A stretch of DNA of 60,812 nucleotides from the NCBI GenBank assembly GCA_045633945.1, contig JAZQZH010000010.1, forward strand, positions 1 through 60,812. Direction: 5' to 3'. Positions 13,512-22,302 of this stretch are shown here, piece after piece. Every line of letters begins with the position of its first letter. Positions within the stretch are counted from its first letter, which is position 1. Origin of the DNA: Alphaproteobacteria bacterium (lineage in GTDB: Bacteria > Pseudomonadota > Alphaproteobacteria > RF32 > CAG-239). The position numbers were made by a program, and so were the translations under genes. Under the pieces are notes generated by a model. That model searched no databases. It was not told the DNA's origin and saw only the letters and a program-made list of their open reading frames with translations.

Positions 13512-14030
13512 TTACCTTTCTATGTATAACCTTTGAATGTTGGAATATGGAACTTTGATATGATAAACTTGTTTTTCTTGTTTACCATTATAGCGCAGAG
13601 TTTCTCTTAGATGTTTTATCTTTTGTTTTAGGCAAGCCTCTTTGATTTGCTTTGGTAAAAGCTCCCTTATTATTGGTAGGTACTCTTCTTTTTTATGAGG
13701 ATAAAACTTTAGTAATGTCTCATAAGCATTTAGAGGTTTATCTGGCTTGGTTATTCTTGCGCATTCCCAATCGATGATTGAATCAATTAAATCATCTTTT
13801 GTTTTAACAAGATTATTTTCTACATGATGCTTTGAATGCTTTCTATGGATTTTTTGAATGTCTTCAAGTTTTATCCACAAAGCCAAATATAGGAAAGGCT
13901 TATCAATATCATGTAGATATCCTCTTAAAGTATTTTTGCCTCTAAGTTCTTTTTCAACGTCTAAAAAAGCTTTTTTGTGACGAAGAGTGTACATTATTTT
14001 ATTTAATCTTTTTTTTATTTCTAAACTCAT
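13512..14030 (-). CDS. HD-like metal-dependent phosphohydrolase (DUF5662-like)
   Basis: H...LHDIDK...HRKHSKHH...IIDW metal-ligand pattern. Confidence 0.6.
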   Translation of the reverse strand: MSLEIKKRLNKIMYTLRHKKAFLDVEKELRGKNTLRGYLHDIDKPFLYLALWIKLEDIQKIHRKHSKHHVENNLVKTKDDLIDSIIDWECARITKPDKPLNAYETLLKFYPHKKEEYLPIIRELLPKQIKEACLKQKIKHLRETLRYNGKQEKQVYHIKVPYSNIQRLYIER

Positions 14031-14041
14031 GTCGTTTTTTC

Positions 14042-15235
14042 CTATTCTTGAGGAGCTTTTGTTAAGTAGTTATCAAAGTATCCTTTTATGTAAACAACAG
14101 GTGTTCCTTTTTCGCCAGATCCAGTGGTTAAGTCACATAGAGAACCTAACAAGTCGGTTATTTTGCGAGGAGTTGTTCCGATAGAATAAAAGCCGTTTGC
14201 TTTATTTTTGTCGTTTATAGCCTGTTTGATAGCTTCATCTGGGTTGGACTTGTTGTTATCTGCAACGGCTTTAATTTTGATTTCGTTTGGCATACCTTCT
14301 AAACCACTTGTGTAGCCTGGAGAAACAACAGGATCTGCAAATTCCCAAATTTTAGTTTTTGGACACTTAAAACCTCCATCTCCATATATCATAACTTCAA
14401 TATGATGTCCAGTTTTTTGTTTTAGGGTTTCTTGTAGGGCTTGGCAGAACTCCATTGAGTTTCTTGGGAAGAGTTTTAATCTATTTTCATCTGAATAGTT
14501 AGAACCTAAAACACCATATTCGCTCCAGCCTCTGGTTTGAGATGGGGTGTTACAAATTTCATCAAGTGTATAAGCTGTTGCACCAGCTTTGGTCAAGATT
14601 TGTTTTTGACGGTGACGTATGTGAATACTTGAAACAATTACTTGATTTGTTAGTTTTAAGATATCTTTTGGATTGTTTAATAATACTACTTCAATGTTTG
14701 GAGATATTTCTTCGTACATTTGAATGTGGTCTGAACCTGTTATAGGGTGATGGAAAATGCCGAATTTGTTACGAAAATCTTGTTTGGTTAAGATATCTGT
14801 ATATGGGTTGATTTCTGAATTAAATAATGCGTCTTCATCCATGATTGCGTTACCAACTTCATCTGATGGATATGAGAGGCAAACATATACTTTTCCTTTA
14901 ACGCCTTTTGCTATACCTTCTAATATTTTAGCAAATCTGTTGCGTGATAAGATTGGAAAAGCAACTGCAACGTCGCCTGATGGAAATTTTTGAGCAATAT
15001 CTTTTGAAATATCGTCTAAAGAAATATAGTTTCCTTGAGCTCTTGCTAGAAAAGATTCTGTAATTGCGATGATATCACCGTTGTTTATTGTAAGTGGTTG
15101 ATATGAAGCGTTGGTTGAATTTGTGATTGTATCTGAAATGATGTTTTTAATATCGTCTCCTTCTTTGATGATAGGCATTCTGATACCAAAAACAGATGTT
15201 CCAACATAACGTGTTGATTGGGAAGTATTTGTCAT
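14042..15235 (-). CDS. CofE-like (coenzyme F420-0:L-glutamate ligase family) amide ligase
   Basis: GIRMPIIKEGDD, AITESFLARAQG, DLLGSLCDLTTGSGEKGTPVVYIKG. Confidence 0.85.
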   Translation of the reverse strand: MTNTSQSTRYVGTSVFGIRMPIIKEGDDIKNIISDTITNSTNASYQPLTINNGDIIAITESFLARAQGNYISLDDISKDIAQKFPSGDVAVAFPILSRNRFAKILEGIAKGVKGKVYVCLSYPSDEVGNAIMDEDALFNSEINPYTDILTKQDFRNKFGIFHHPITGSDHIQMYEEISPNIEVVLLNNPKDILKLTNQVIVSSIHIRHRQKQILTKAGATAYTLDEICNTPSQTRGWSEYGVLGSNYSDENRLKLFPRNSMEFCQALQETLKQKTGHHIEVMIYGDGGFKCPKTKIWEFADPVVSPGYTSGLEGMPNEIKIKAVADNNKSNPDEAIKQAINDKNKANGFYSIGTTPRKITDLLGSLCDLTTGSGEKGTPVVYIKGYFDNYLTKAPQE

Positions 15236-15242
15236 ATTTTTT

Positions 15243-15304
15243 CTCCTTGACAGTAGGTTATTTACAATTGGTTTGTCTCGACTGTCCCTACAAGACCCAA
15301 ACCA
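15243..15304 (-). promoter_or_regulatory. Structured leader / riboswitch candidate upstream of the CofE-like gene
   Basis: UGGUUU-GG-GUCUUG-loop(UAGGGACAGU)-CGAGAC-AAACCA hairpin; loop GACAGU complementary to ACUGUC abutting the AAGGAG SD. Confidence 0.5.
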
Positions 15305-15327
15305 CTTAAGAAACTAATGTTTCTTGG

Positions 15328-15858
15328 TTAAAAATTTTTATCCTCATAGAAGTTTTTTTCAACTAGCTCTATGTTTTCAGGGTGAACGAATTCTTTGTAT
15401 CTTTCATCTCTTAAAGCAATCATATCTCTAACCATGTTTCCGGATAAGAATGGAAAATTTTGAGTAGTTCGAGAACAAACCACAACGTTTGGAATGTCAT
15501 TTTTGAAAAATAGATATTCACGCTCAACCCCAACATAAACTACATCAGGAACTGGTTTGTCTGGTTGTTCTTTTTTGATTGTTTCTAATACGTGCATATT
15601 CCATGGAGTACTATTAGTGTCTTTTATCCCAACAATTCTTAAGCGGTCATAAGCTTCAGATTTACGCCATACGTTTTGAACCATTTTTTTACGTATGAAA
15701 TAAGGTAAAGGATTTTTTTCAGTTCCACTTTCTTGTGCAGAACCGATTAACACTGTGCCATAAGCACATTCTTCCATCATTTGTTTGATTAATCTGTCAT
15801 GTCCGATATGGAATGGTTGACAGCGGATAATACAAAATCCATGTTGATATTTAAACAT
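15328..15858 (-). CDS. NadM-like nicotinamide-nucleotide adenylyltransferase (cytidylyltransferase superfamily)
   Basis: RCQPFHIGH (HIGH), IGSAQESGTEKNPL, SGNMVR; ATG at 15858 follows GAGAGG SD. Confidence 0.8.
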   Translation of the reverse strand: MFKYQHGFCIIRCQPFHIGHDRLIKQMMEECAYGTVLIGSAQESGTEKNPLPYFIRKKMVQNVWRKSEAYDRLRIVGIKDTNSTPWNMHVLETIKKEQPDKPVPDVVYVGVEREYLFFKNDIPNVVVCSRTTQNFPFLSGNMVRDMIALRDERYKEFVHPENIELVEKNFYEDKNF

Positions 15859-15864
15859 AAAAAA

Positions 15865-15976
15865 ACCTCTCTTTCGAAAGGCCACTTCATCAAATAGGAA
15901 ATATCCCTATTTCTAACTATCGATGACTGGCCAAGTCTGTTTTGTTCGTGCCCATTGCCCTCGAGCACCCGAACAA
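15865..15976 (-). promoter_or_regulatory. Structured 5' leader / riboswitch candidate upstream of the NadM-like gene
   Basis: UUGUUC-GG-GUGCUC-loop(GAGGGCAAU)-GGGCAC-GAACAA hairpin, then GGCCA/UGGCC, UCAUC/GAUGA and AAAUAGG/CCUAUUU stems before the SD; TTGACA at 16009-16004 upstream. Confidence 0.5.
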
Positions 15977-16017
15977 GTTTATTATTATATATAAAAAAAG
16001 AATTGTCAATAGTTTTT

Positions 16018-16052
16018 TTAATCTAGATATAATGAGCTTAGTTTGTGGCGCC
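16018..16052 (-). pseudogene. Orphan 3' end of a diverged AI-2E transporter allele
   Basis: Reads R-H-K-L-S-S-L-Y-L-D-stop versus R-Y-K-L-S-S-L-Y-L-D-stop of the intact gene ending at 17819; mostly synonymous differences. Confidence 0.75.
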
Positions 16053-16330
16053 TTTTTGTAAATTTTGTCAAAAAAGTGTTGACATGGTGTGTAAATTGTG
16101 GTATTTATGTTATACAAATTCATTATTAGGTATGTATATATATGTGTTCTTATATACTTCATATCAGTATTTAAAAAAATCTAAACAATTAAACCGATGC
16201 AGAAATGTATCCGTGGAGTAGGGCTAAAGGACCTGAAGCACGTATAAAAAAATCGTACTGGTATGGAGACAATGAAAACTTCTATCGAGAAACTCATCAA
16301 CTCTGGTGTAATCACAGCTGAGACAATGGT
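16053..16330 (+). repeat. Direct repeat copy 1: promoter, leader and first ~20 codons
   Basis: Near-identical to 17054..17331 (offset 1001); contains TTGACA-N17-TATTTA. Confidence 0.95.
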
Positions 16331-16676
16331 CGATTATATGTTGAGGGAGAAAAAACTTGACTATGAGTTAGTTGAGAAGGTGTATACTGTGAAACGTCAG
16401 TGGTTATACTGCTATGGTTATGTCCAATGGGGGGCTACAGCAGAGCAAAAATTGTACCCAGTAACAGAGTTGTTAGGCTGTTATAATGTCATGGTTTATC
16501 CTTTGTTTGTCGCGCTGATTAAGTGTGATGAGAGGCTTGAGCGTCTGCTTCTTGATCTGGGGGCTTGCGAACACACAGTTGCGATGATGTTCTTCAGTAC
16601 GGATGAGATTCGTTCTGTGGCTCCAAGTTGGGTGAAGTTTAGAGTCGGAGGAAAACCTCTAGAGCCTAGACGTTGA
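16263..16676 (+). CDS. Hypothetical protein with one ankyrin-like motif, paralog 1
   Basis: YPLFVAL..D..LE.LLLDLGA; shares N-terminus with 17264..17710; true start may be ATG 16272 after GGAG. Confidence 0.7.
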   Translation: METMKTSIEKLINSGVITAETMVDYMLREKKLDYELVEKVYTVKRQWLYCYGYVQWGATAEQKLYPVTELLGCYNVMVYPLFVALIKCDERLERLLLDLGACEHTVAMMFFSTDEIRSVAPSWVKFRVGGKPLEPRR

Positions 16677-16679
16677 TAA

Positions 16680-16713
16680 GAACGGCTGCCAGATGGCAGC
16701 CGTTCAGGTTTTT
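16680..16713 (+). terminator. Terminator of paralog 1
   Basis: gaacggctgcc-agat-ggcagccgttc followed by aggttttt. Confidence 0.8.
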
Positions 16714-16770
16714 AAATTATATATCAAAAATGTATTTTTTTGTATGTATAATTAAAATAAGAGTGTTATT

Positions 16771-16898
16771 TTAGTCTAAGTATAAGGAACTTAGTTTGTA
16801 GCGCTTGATGGCTAGACGTACTAAGACTCCTATAATTGCAGCTAGCGGAACGGCAAGCATTAAACCTAAGAAGCCAAGTAAAACACCACCAGCCAATA
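16771..16898 (-). pseudogene. Orphan 3' fragment of AI-2E transporter gene
   Basis: 128 nt copy of 17819..17946 with 2 synonymous differences. Confidence 0.9.
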
Positions 16899-17003
16899 GA
16901 AGAAGCTGATGAGGTATTCTCTACATTGATGGGTGATGTGGTTGAACCAAGAAAAGAATTTATTCAAGAAAATGCATTGAAAGTTGTAAACTTGGATATT
17001 TAA
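16899..17003 (+). pseudogene. gyrB: Orphan 3' end of gyrB
   Basis: Encodes [34 protein letters not shown]-stop; 11/105 nt differ from 10325..10429, 10 of them synonymous. Confidence 0.95.
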
Positions 17004-17053
17004 TCTTTAGTTTTTAGGTAATATCCCTGCATATTGATAATAGTATGCAGGTT

Positions 17054-17331
17054 TTTTTGTAAATTTTGTCAAAAGAGTGTTGACATGGTGTGTAAATTGT
17101 GGTATTTATGTTATACAAATTCATTATTAGGTATGTATATATATGTGTTCTTATATACTTCATATCAGTATTTAAAAAAATCTAAACAATTAAACCGATG
17201 CAGAAATGCATCCGTGGAGTAGGGCCAAAGGACCTGAGACACGTATAAAAAAATCGTACTGGTATGGAGACAATGAAAACTTCTATCGAGAAACTCATCA
17301 ACTCAGGCGTAATCACATCTGGAACAATGCT
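17054..17331 (+). repeat. Direct repeat copy 2: promoter, leader and first ~20 codons
   Basis: Near-identical to 16053..16330. Confidence 0.95.
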
Positions 17332-17710
17332 CAACTACTTGTTGTGGCAGAACAATCTGGACTACGATTTTATCGAGACAGTATACAGATTGAAACCAAA
17401 ATGGATGAGTTATGGCTCGACGTATGGTATGGCTCCTCATATTGCTTTACAGTTTCCACTAGGAGGGAGGTATGTCGATATAGACAGTGTTACTCCACTG
17501 TATGTAGCATTGCTGAGGGAGGATAAAACTCTTGAGTATCTGCTTCTCCATCTTGGCGCCGAGGTTCACCGTGTTGTGTCGGTACATGGCGTAGTAGATG
17601 GTGTGTCGTTCTCGTTTTATGGCGAAGAAGAAGATAGTGATCCTATAGACTTAGAAACAGCTAGGTCATTATTCTCTGAGATGAGGGCATCTGCTCGTGC
17701 AGTGAAGTAG
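17264..17710 (+). CDS. Hypothetical protein with one ankyrin-like motif, paralog 2
   Basis: VTPLYVALLREDKTLEYLLLHLGAEV resembles the ankyrin consensus TPLHxA...LLLxxGAxV. Confidence 0.7.
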   Translation: METMKTSIEKLINSGVITSGTMLNYLLWQNNLDYDFIETVYRLKPKWMSYGSTYGMAPHIALQFPLGGRYVDIDSVTPLYVALLREDKTLEYLLLHLGAEVHRVVSVHGVVDGVSFSFYGEEEDSDPIDLETARSLFSEMRASARAVK

Positions 17711-17726
17711 TCTCTACACTCTATAA

Positions 17727-17760
17727 GAACGGCTGCCTTTGGGCAGCCGTTCAGGTTTTT
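17727..17760 (+). terminator. Terminator of paralog 2
   Basis: gaacggctgcc-tttg-ggcagccgttc followed by aggttttt. Confidence 0.8.
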
Positions 17761-17818
17761 AAATTCATATATCAAAAATGTATTTTTTTGTATGTATAAT
17801 TAAAATAAGAGTGTTATT

Positions 17819-18898
17819 TTAGTCTAAGTATAAGGAACTTAGTTTGTAGCGCTTGATGGCTAGACGTACTAAGACTCCTATAATTGCAGCTAGCGGAACA
17901 GCAAGCATTAAACCTAAAAAGCCAAGTAAAACACCACCAGCCAATAATGCAAACATTACCCAAACAGGGTGCAGGCCAACAGACTCGCCAACAAGTTTTG
18001 GAGTTAAGAAGTTGCCTTCAATAAATTGCCCTATCATAAACACTGCAATAACGTATAATACATGAGTTATGTCACCATATTGAGCAAAGGCTAAAATGCA
18101 ACCAATAATAAAGCCGGTTATGGAGCCTACGTATGGTATAAAAGATATGATTCCAGCGATAAAACCAACAAGCAAACCTAGTTCTAAACCAACAAGTTTT
18201 AAACCAATTGAATAAAATATGCCTAAAATTATACATACACTTAATTGTCCACGAATGAAGCCAGCAATAATTTTATCAATTTCTTTTAAGGTTTCTGTTA
18301 TAGTTTTTTTAGATTTTTTAGGGAGCAAACTTTCAAACTTTTTAACAAAATCATCCCAGTCACGAAGCATGTAAAAAGTTACGATTGGCATGATTAGTAA
18401 TAATGACAAGAGATTTATTAGTGCGAATCCGTTTGAAACGAGTGCTTTTAATACTTTGCCTACAAATTTCATTGAGTTGCCAATGTTTGATTTTATAAGT
18501 TCTTCGATATTGGCACTTTGTAATTCAGGGAATCTGCCAGACATTTCTTGTAATGAAGGGCGCACCTTTTCCATAATGAGGTTTAAATATTTGGGAGTTG
18601 CTTGAATAAGTAGTGATATTTGGTTTTCAATTAACCCCATTAATAAACCAATAGTTGGTAAAACTATTATGATTAACAAAGCGCATACAACTAGAGTTGC
18701 CGATGTTCTTGAAAGTTTTAGTTTTTGTAATTTATCAACACAAGGGTCTAATAAATAAGCAAGTAAGGTGCCGGCAACAAATGGCATTAAAACTGAACGT
18801 AGAATATATACTAGGTAGAAAAATGCAAAAAACACTATGAGCCATGTATATGGACTTAATTGGATTTTGCTTTTATTTTTAGGTCTAGTTAATTGCAT
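17819..18898 (-). CDS. AI-2E family transporter (PerM-like)
   Basis: LAYLLDP, GFIRGQ, FIPYVG, EGNFLTPKLVGESVGLHP; start MQLTRP at 18898 after GGAGG. Confidence 0.92.
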   Translation of the reverse strand: MQLTRPKNKSKIQLSPYTWLIVFFAFFYLVYILRSVLMPFVAGTLLAYLLDPCVDKLQKLKLSRTSATLVVCALLIIIVLPTIGLLMGLIENQISLLIQATPKYLNLIMEKVRPSLQEMSGRFPELQSANIEELIKSNIGNSMKFVGKVLKALVSNGFALINLLSLLLIMPIVTFYMLRDWDDFVKKFESLLPKKSKKTITETLKEIDKIIAGFIRGQLSVCIILGIFYSIGLKLVGLELGLLVGFIAGIISFIPYVGSITGFIIGCILAFAQYGDITHVLYVIAVFMIGQFIEGNFLTPKLVGESVGLHPVWVMFALLAGGVLLGFLGLMLAVPLAAIIGVLVRLAIKRYKLSSLYLD

Positions 18899-19919
18899 AA
18901 TATCCTCCATTGTTATTAAGCATATAGCCATTAAGGCCTAATGTTGTTTGTAATTTTTCAAATGCGCCATGATATGTAATAATAAAATGAACCTTTTTGT
19001 TTGCTAATGATATGATTTTTAATTCTTCAACCATTGGGTCATTTTCTAATAATTTTTTAAGTTCAATCCATTTGTTTAGTGTTGGATAGTTATAGATAAT
19101 GTTTAACTCTGTTGGGGAGTGAGTGCTATTCTGTGGTGTTGATTGTTTTTTGTAGCTTTTTATTAGCGGTAGCACTTTATCTATCATTTGAGATGGGGTT
19201 TGTGTGTCAATAATTACGTCTATTTCTGTTTTGTCTGGGAATGATTTTATGTATACTTTATTGTCTTTGAGAGAATATTTTAATACATAAATATTATCAA
19301 CTTTGTTGAAGCTAGATATTTCTAGAAAATCTCCATCTGTCATGTTATAAACTTTGTTAGCATTAACGGTTGTGATGTTTCCGAGATTTTTTTCAATGTT
19401 ATAGAATTTTAAGAAGCCTGTTTGTAAGTTTTGTTTGTTAATAAAAGCTTCGCGCCATATATTTTCATTACCCCAAATGTCTAGTGTGCCATCGGCTGTT
19501 TCTAGCAGAGGTATTAATAACGCTGTTTGTGTTTGACTTATGATAAATGGGAGATTGTTTTCTTTAATGAAGTTTTGTAAAACACTTTGATTAACATCTA
19601 TTTTTAGCTCTGCTATATACCGAATATCAGATGATTTTTCTAACAAAACTTGAATCCCTGATATGAAATGTTGAATTTGATTATCGTTTAATTTTGATAT
19701 TTCTGCGATAGTTTCTTCGGTGCTTACTCTTAAAATAACGTCGTTTAGACCATTGCGAATAGCTTTTGATAGAGCTTCTTTTTTTGCATTTGCAACATTG
19801 TCTGAAGTTTCATCAATATTTACAATAATTGAAAATAGTGAGGACGCTGAAGAGCTAATTGCAAAAAATAAGCAAAATAACAAGCATATAAAAAACTTTT
19901 TCACGACTTTTATCTCCAT
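18885..19919 (-). CDS. Exported protein, DUF2066-like
   Basis: Signal peptide; AKKEAL..A...., EK.S..RYIAEL motif; typical position upstream of AI-2E in Alphaproteobacteria. Confidence 0.55.
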   Translation of the reverse strand: MEIKVVKKFFICLLFCLFFAISSSASSLFSIIVNIDETSDNVANAKKEALSKAIRNGLNDVILRVSTEETIAEISKLNDNQIQHFISGIQVLLEKSSDIRYIAELKIDVNQSVLQNFIKENNLPFIISQTQTALLIPLLETADGTLDIWGNENIWREAFINKQNLQTGFLKFYNIEKNLGNITTVNANKVYNMTDGDFLEISSFNKVDNIYVLKYSLKDNKVYIKSFPDKTEIDVIIDTQTPSQMIDKVLPLIKSYKKQSTPQNSTHSPTELNIIYNYPTLNKWIELKKLLENDPMVEELKIISLANKKVHFIITYHGAFEKLQTTLGLNGYMLNNNGGYYAIN

Positions 19920-20047
19920 ATCAAATATTAAACAGTACTTTATTATACTATAAAAGTAAAAAAATCAAACAATTTTCTTGCCTTTTAATTGGTTATGATA
20001 TTATATGTAAATAAAATTTTTTTAATTCATATAAAAGGAATTATGCT

Positions 20048-21052
20048 ATGAATATGACCAAATTTTTAGATAGTCTTTTAGATAGGGCTTCAAAAGATGT
20101 AAAAACAATTGTTTTGCCTGAAGGTGAAGATGAGCGTATTTTACAAGCGGCGCACTATGTAGCTGAACGTAAAGCTGCGAAAATAATTATTCTTGGTGAA
20201 CCAAGCGAAATAAAAACATATTATGAAAAGAATAATTGGAGTTTGGAAGGTATAGAGATTGTTAAACCGGAAGAATCGCCAAGATTGAATGAATATGCAG
20301 AACTTTTATATGAATTGCGTAAGTCTAAAGGTTTAAGTTTAGAAGATGCTAAAAAGTTGGCATTAAACTATAACTACTTTGGTACATTGATGATTAAGGC
20401 TGGACATGCAGATGGTTTAGTTTCTGGTGCTAATCACTCAACAGCTGACACTGTTCGTCCTGCTCTTCAAATTATTAAGTCTGCACATAGAGATAGAAGC
20501 GTTTCTTCTTCTCTTATTTTGGTTGCAAATGAAAAACCATATCTTATGGCAGACTGTGCAATCATTATTAATCCAACTGAAAAAGAATTGGCAGATATGG
20601 CGATTGCAACAGCTGAAACAGCATTAAAATTTGGTTTGGATCCAAAGGTTGCCATGCTTTCTTATTCAACATACGGTTCTGGAACTGGTGGAATGGTTGA
20701 TAAAGTTAGAAATGCAACAGCTCTTGCAAAAGAAATGCTAGCATCTGATGAATTTAAAAATCTTCCCATAGAACTTGATGGTGAATTACAAGCAGATGCT
20801 GCATTAGATGAAGTTGTTGCTAAGAAAAAAGCTCCTGAATCTAAGGTTGCAGGTCAAGCAAATGTGTTAATTTTCCCATGTTTGGAAGTAGGTAATATCG
20901 GTTATAAATTATTACAACGTTTATGCGGATGTGAAGCGTATGGTCCTATTATGCAGGGTATGAATGCTCCTGTTAATGACTTGTCGCGTGGTGCATTGGT
21001 TGAAGATATTGTTGGTATGATTTCTATTACTGCAATTCAAGCTACAAAGTAA
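20048..21052 (+). CDS. pta: Phosphate acetyltransferase (short form)
   Basis: IVLPEGEDER, VAMLSYST.GS, DGELQADAA, GNIGYKL, PVNDLSRG. Confidence 0.96.
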   Translation: MNMTKFLDSLLDRASKDVKTIVLPEGEDERILQAAHYVAERKAAKIIILGEPSEIKTYYEKNNWSLEGIEIVKPEESPRLNEYAELLYELRKSKGLSLEDAKKLALNYNYFGTLMIKAGHADGLVSGANHSTADTVRPALQIIKSAHRDRSVSSSLILVANEKPYLMADCAIIINPTEKELADMAIATAETALKFGLDPKVAMLSYSTYGSGTGGMVDKVRNATALAKEMLASDEFKNLPIELDGELQADAALDEVVAKKKAPESKVAGQANVLIFPCLEVGNIGYKLLQRLCGCEAYGPIMQGMNAPVNDLSRGALVEDIVGMISITAIQATK

Positions 21053-21071
21053 AATTTTTGAGGTAACTAAA

Positions 21072-22253
21072 ATGAAAAAAATTCTTGTATTAAATTCTGG
21101 ATCATCTTCTCTTAAATATCAGTTGTTTAATGTTGAGGGTGATACATATGATGTTGTTGCAAAAGGTAAGGCTGATCGTATTGGTATTAATGGCTCTTTT
21201 GTTGAAATTAAAATTACTGGTGGTGAAAAAAGAGTGCGCGAAGTAAATCTTCCAACTCATAATGAAGCTATTGAAGAAGTAACAAAAGAATTATTAAATG
21301 GAGCTCTTGGTTCTATGGATGAAATCGATGCTGTTGGTCATCGTGTTGTTCAAGGTGGTGATATCTTTAAGAACTCTGTTAGAGTTACAGAAACTGTTAT
21401 TGAACAAATTGAAGATTTGGCTGAATTAGCTCCTCTTCATAATCGTGCTAATGTTTTAGGTATTAGAGCTGTGCAGGCACTTTTGCCAAATGTACCTCAA
21501 ACTGTTGTGTTTGATACTGCATTTCATCAAACAATGCCAAAAGAAGCATTTTTATATGCTCTTCCTATGGAACAATATACAAAACATAAAATTCGTCGTT
21601 ATGGTTTTCATGGAACATCTCATGCGTATGTTTCTCAAAAAGCTGCAGAATTAATTGGTAAAAAAGGTAAAATTATTACTTGTCATTTAGGTAATGGTGC
21701 ATCTATTTCTGCTGTTGATAATGGTATTTGTTTGGATACCTCAATGGGATTTACTCCACTTGCAGGTCTTGTTATGGGAACTCGTTGTGGTGATATTGAT
21801 CCATATATTCCTCTTTATATCTGCAAAACACAAAATAAAACCCCTGATGAGGTTAATGATATTTTGAATAAGAAGAGCGGAATGTTCGGTCTCTGTGGAT
21901 ATTCTGATAACCGTGATATTGAAACATTATATCAAGTAGAAGAAGGTGCAACTGATGCATTGAATGCTTATGTTCATAGTATTATTCGCTTTATTGGTTC
22001 TTATATTGCTGTTTTAGGCGGTGTTGATAGTATTGTATTTACTGCTGGAATTGGTGAAAATGGTTCCTTGGTTAGAAAGCTTATTGTTGAACGTTTGCAA
22101 TATTTAGGCATTACTTTAGACGAAGAAGCTAACTCTAAACGTGGTGATATTATGGAAATATCTACACCAGATTCTAAGGTTAAAGTGTTTGTTATTCCAA
22201 CAGATGAAGAATATATGATTGCTAAAGATACAATGAATATTGTATTTGGCTAG
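21072..22253 (+). CDS. ackA: Acetate kinase
   Basis: LVLNSGSSSLK, APLHN, RRYGFHGTSH, CHLGNGAS, FTAGIGEN. Confidence 0.97.
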   Translation: MKKILVLNSGSSSLKYQLFNVEGDTYDVVAKGKADRIGINGSFVEIKITGGEKRVREVNLPTHNEAIEEVTKELLNGALGSMDEIDAVGHRVVQGGDIFKNSVRVTETVIEQIEDLAELAPLHNRANVLGIRAVQALLPNVPQTVVFDTAFHQTMPKEAFLYALPMEQYTKHKIRRYGFHGTSHAYVSQKAAELIGKKGKIITCHLGNGASISAVDNGICLDTSMGFTPLAGLVMGTRCGDIDPYIPLYICKTQNKTPDEVNDILNKKSGMFGLCGYSDNRDIETLYQVEEGATDALNAYVHSIIRFIGSYIAVLGGVDSIVFTAGIGENGSLVRKLIVERLQYLGITLDEEANSKRGDIMEISTPDSKVKVFVIPTDEEYMIAKDTMNIVFG

Positions 22254-22263
22254 TATGTTAAGT

Positions 22264-22302
22264 AAAAAAGAAGCCCCACTTTTTAGTGGGGCTTCTTTAT
22301 TT
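22264..22302. terminator. Bidirectional terminator
   Basis: aaagaagccccact-tttt-agtggggcttcttt. Confidence 0.85.

Larger units (their letters stand above)
16676..16898 (+). repeat. Direct repeat of 17723..17946 (terminator plus AI-2E 3' end)
   Basis: Near-identical, with a different hairpin loop, one indel and a few substitutions. Confidence 0.95.

Noticed and set aside
14042-15235. F420 biosynthesis
   Set aside because: No cofC/cofD/cofGH-like genes in the window; the CofE fold alone does not imply F420
15865-15976. TPP riboswitch (GGGUGC start)
   Set aside because: It lacks the CUGAGA and CCUGAUC/UAAU core motifs
15917-17526. ORFs 15917..16162, 17034..17222 and 17206..17526
   Set aside because: They overlap promoters, leaders or better-supported ORFs and are not conserved between the repeat copies
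16053-17946. CRISPR array, integron attC array, IS or DGR template/variable repeat
   Set aside because: Only two long copies; no short regularly spaced repeats, cas, integrase, transposase or reverse transcriptase; differences are not adenine-specific
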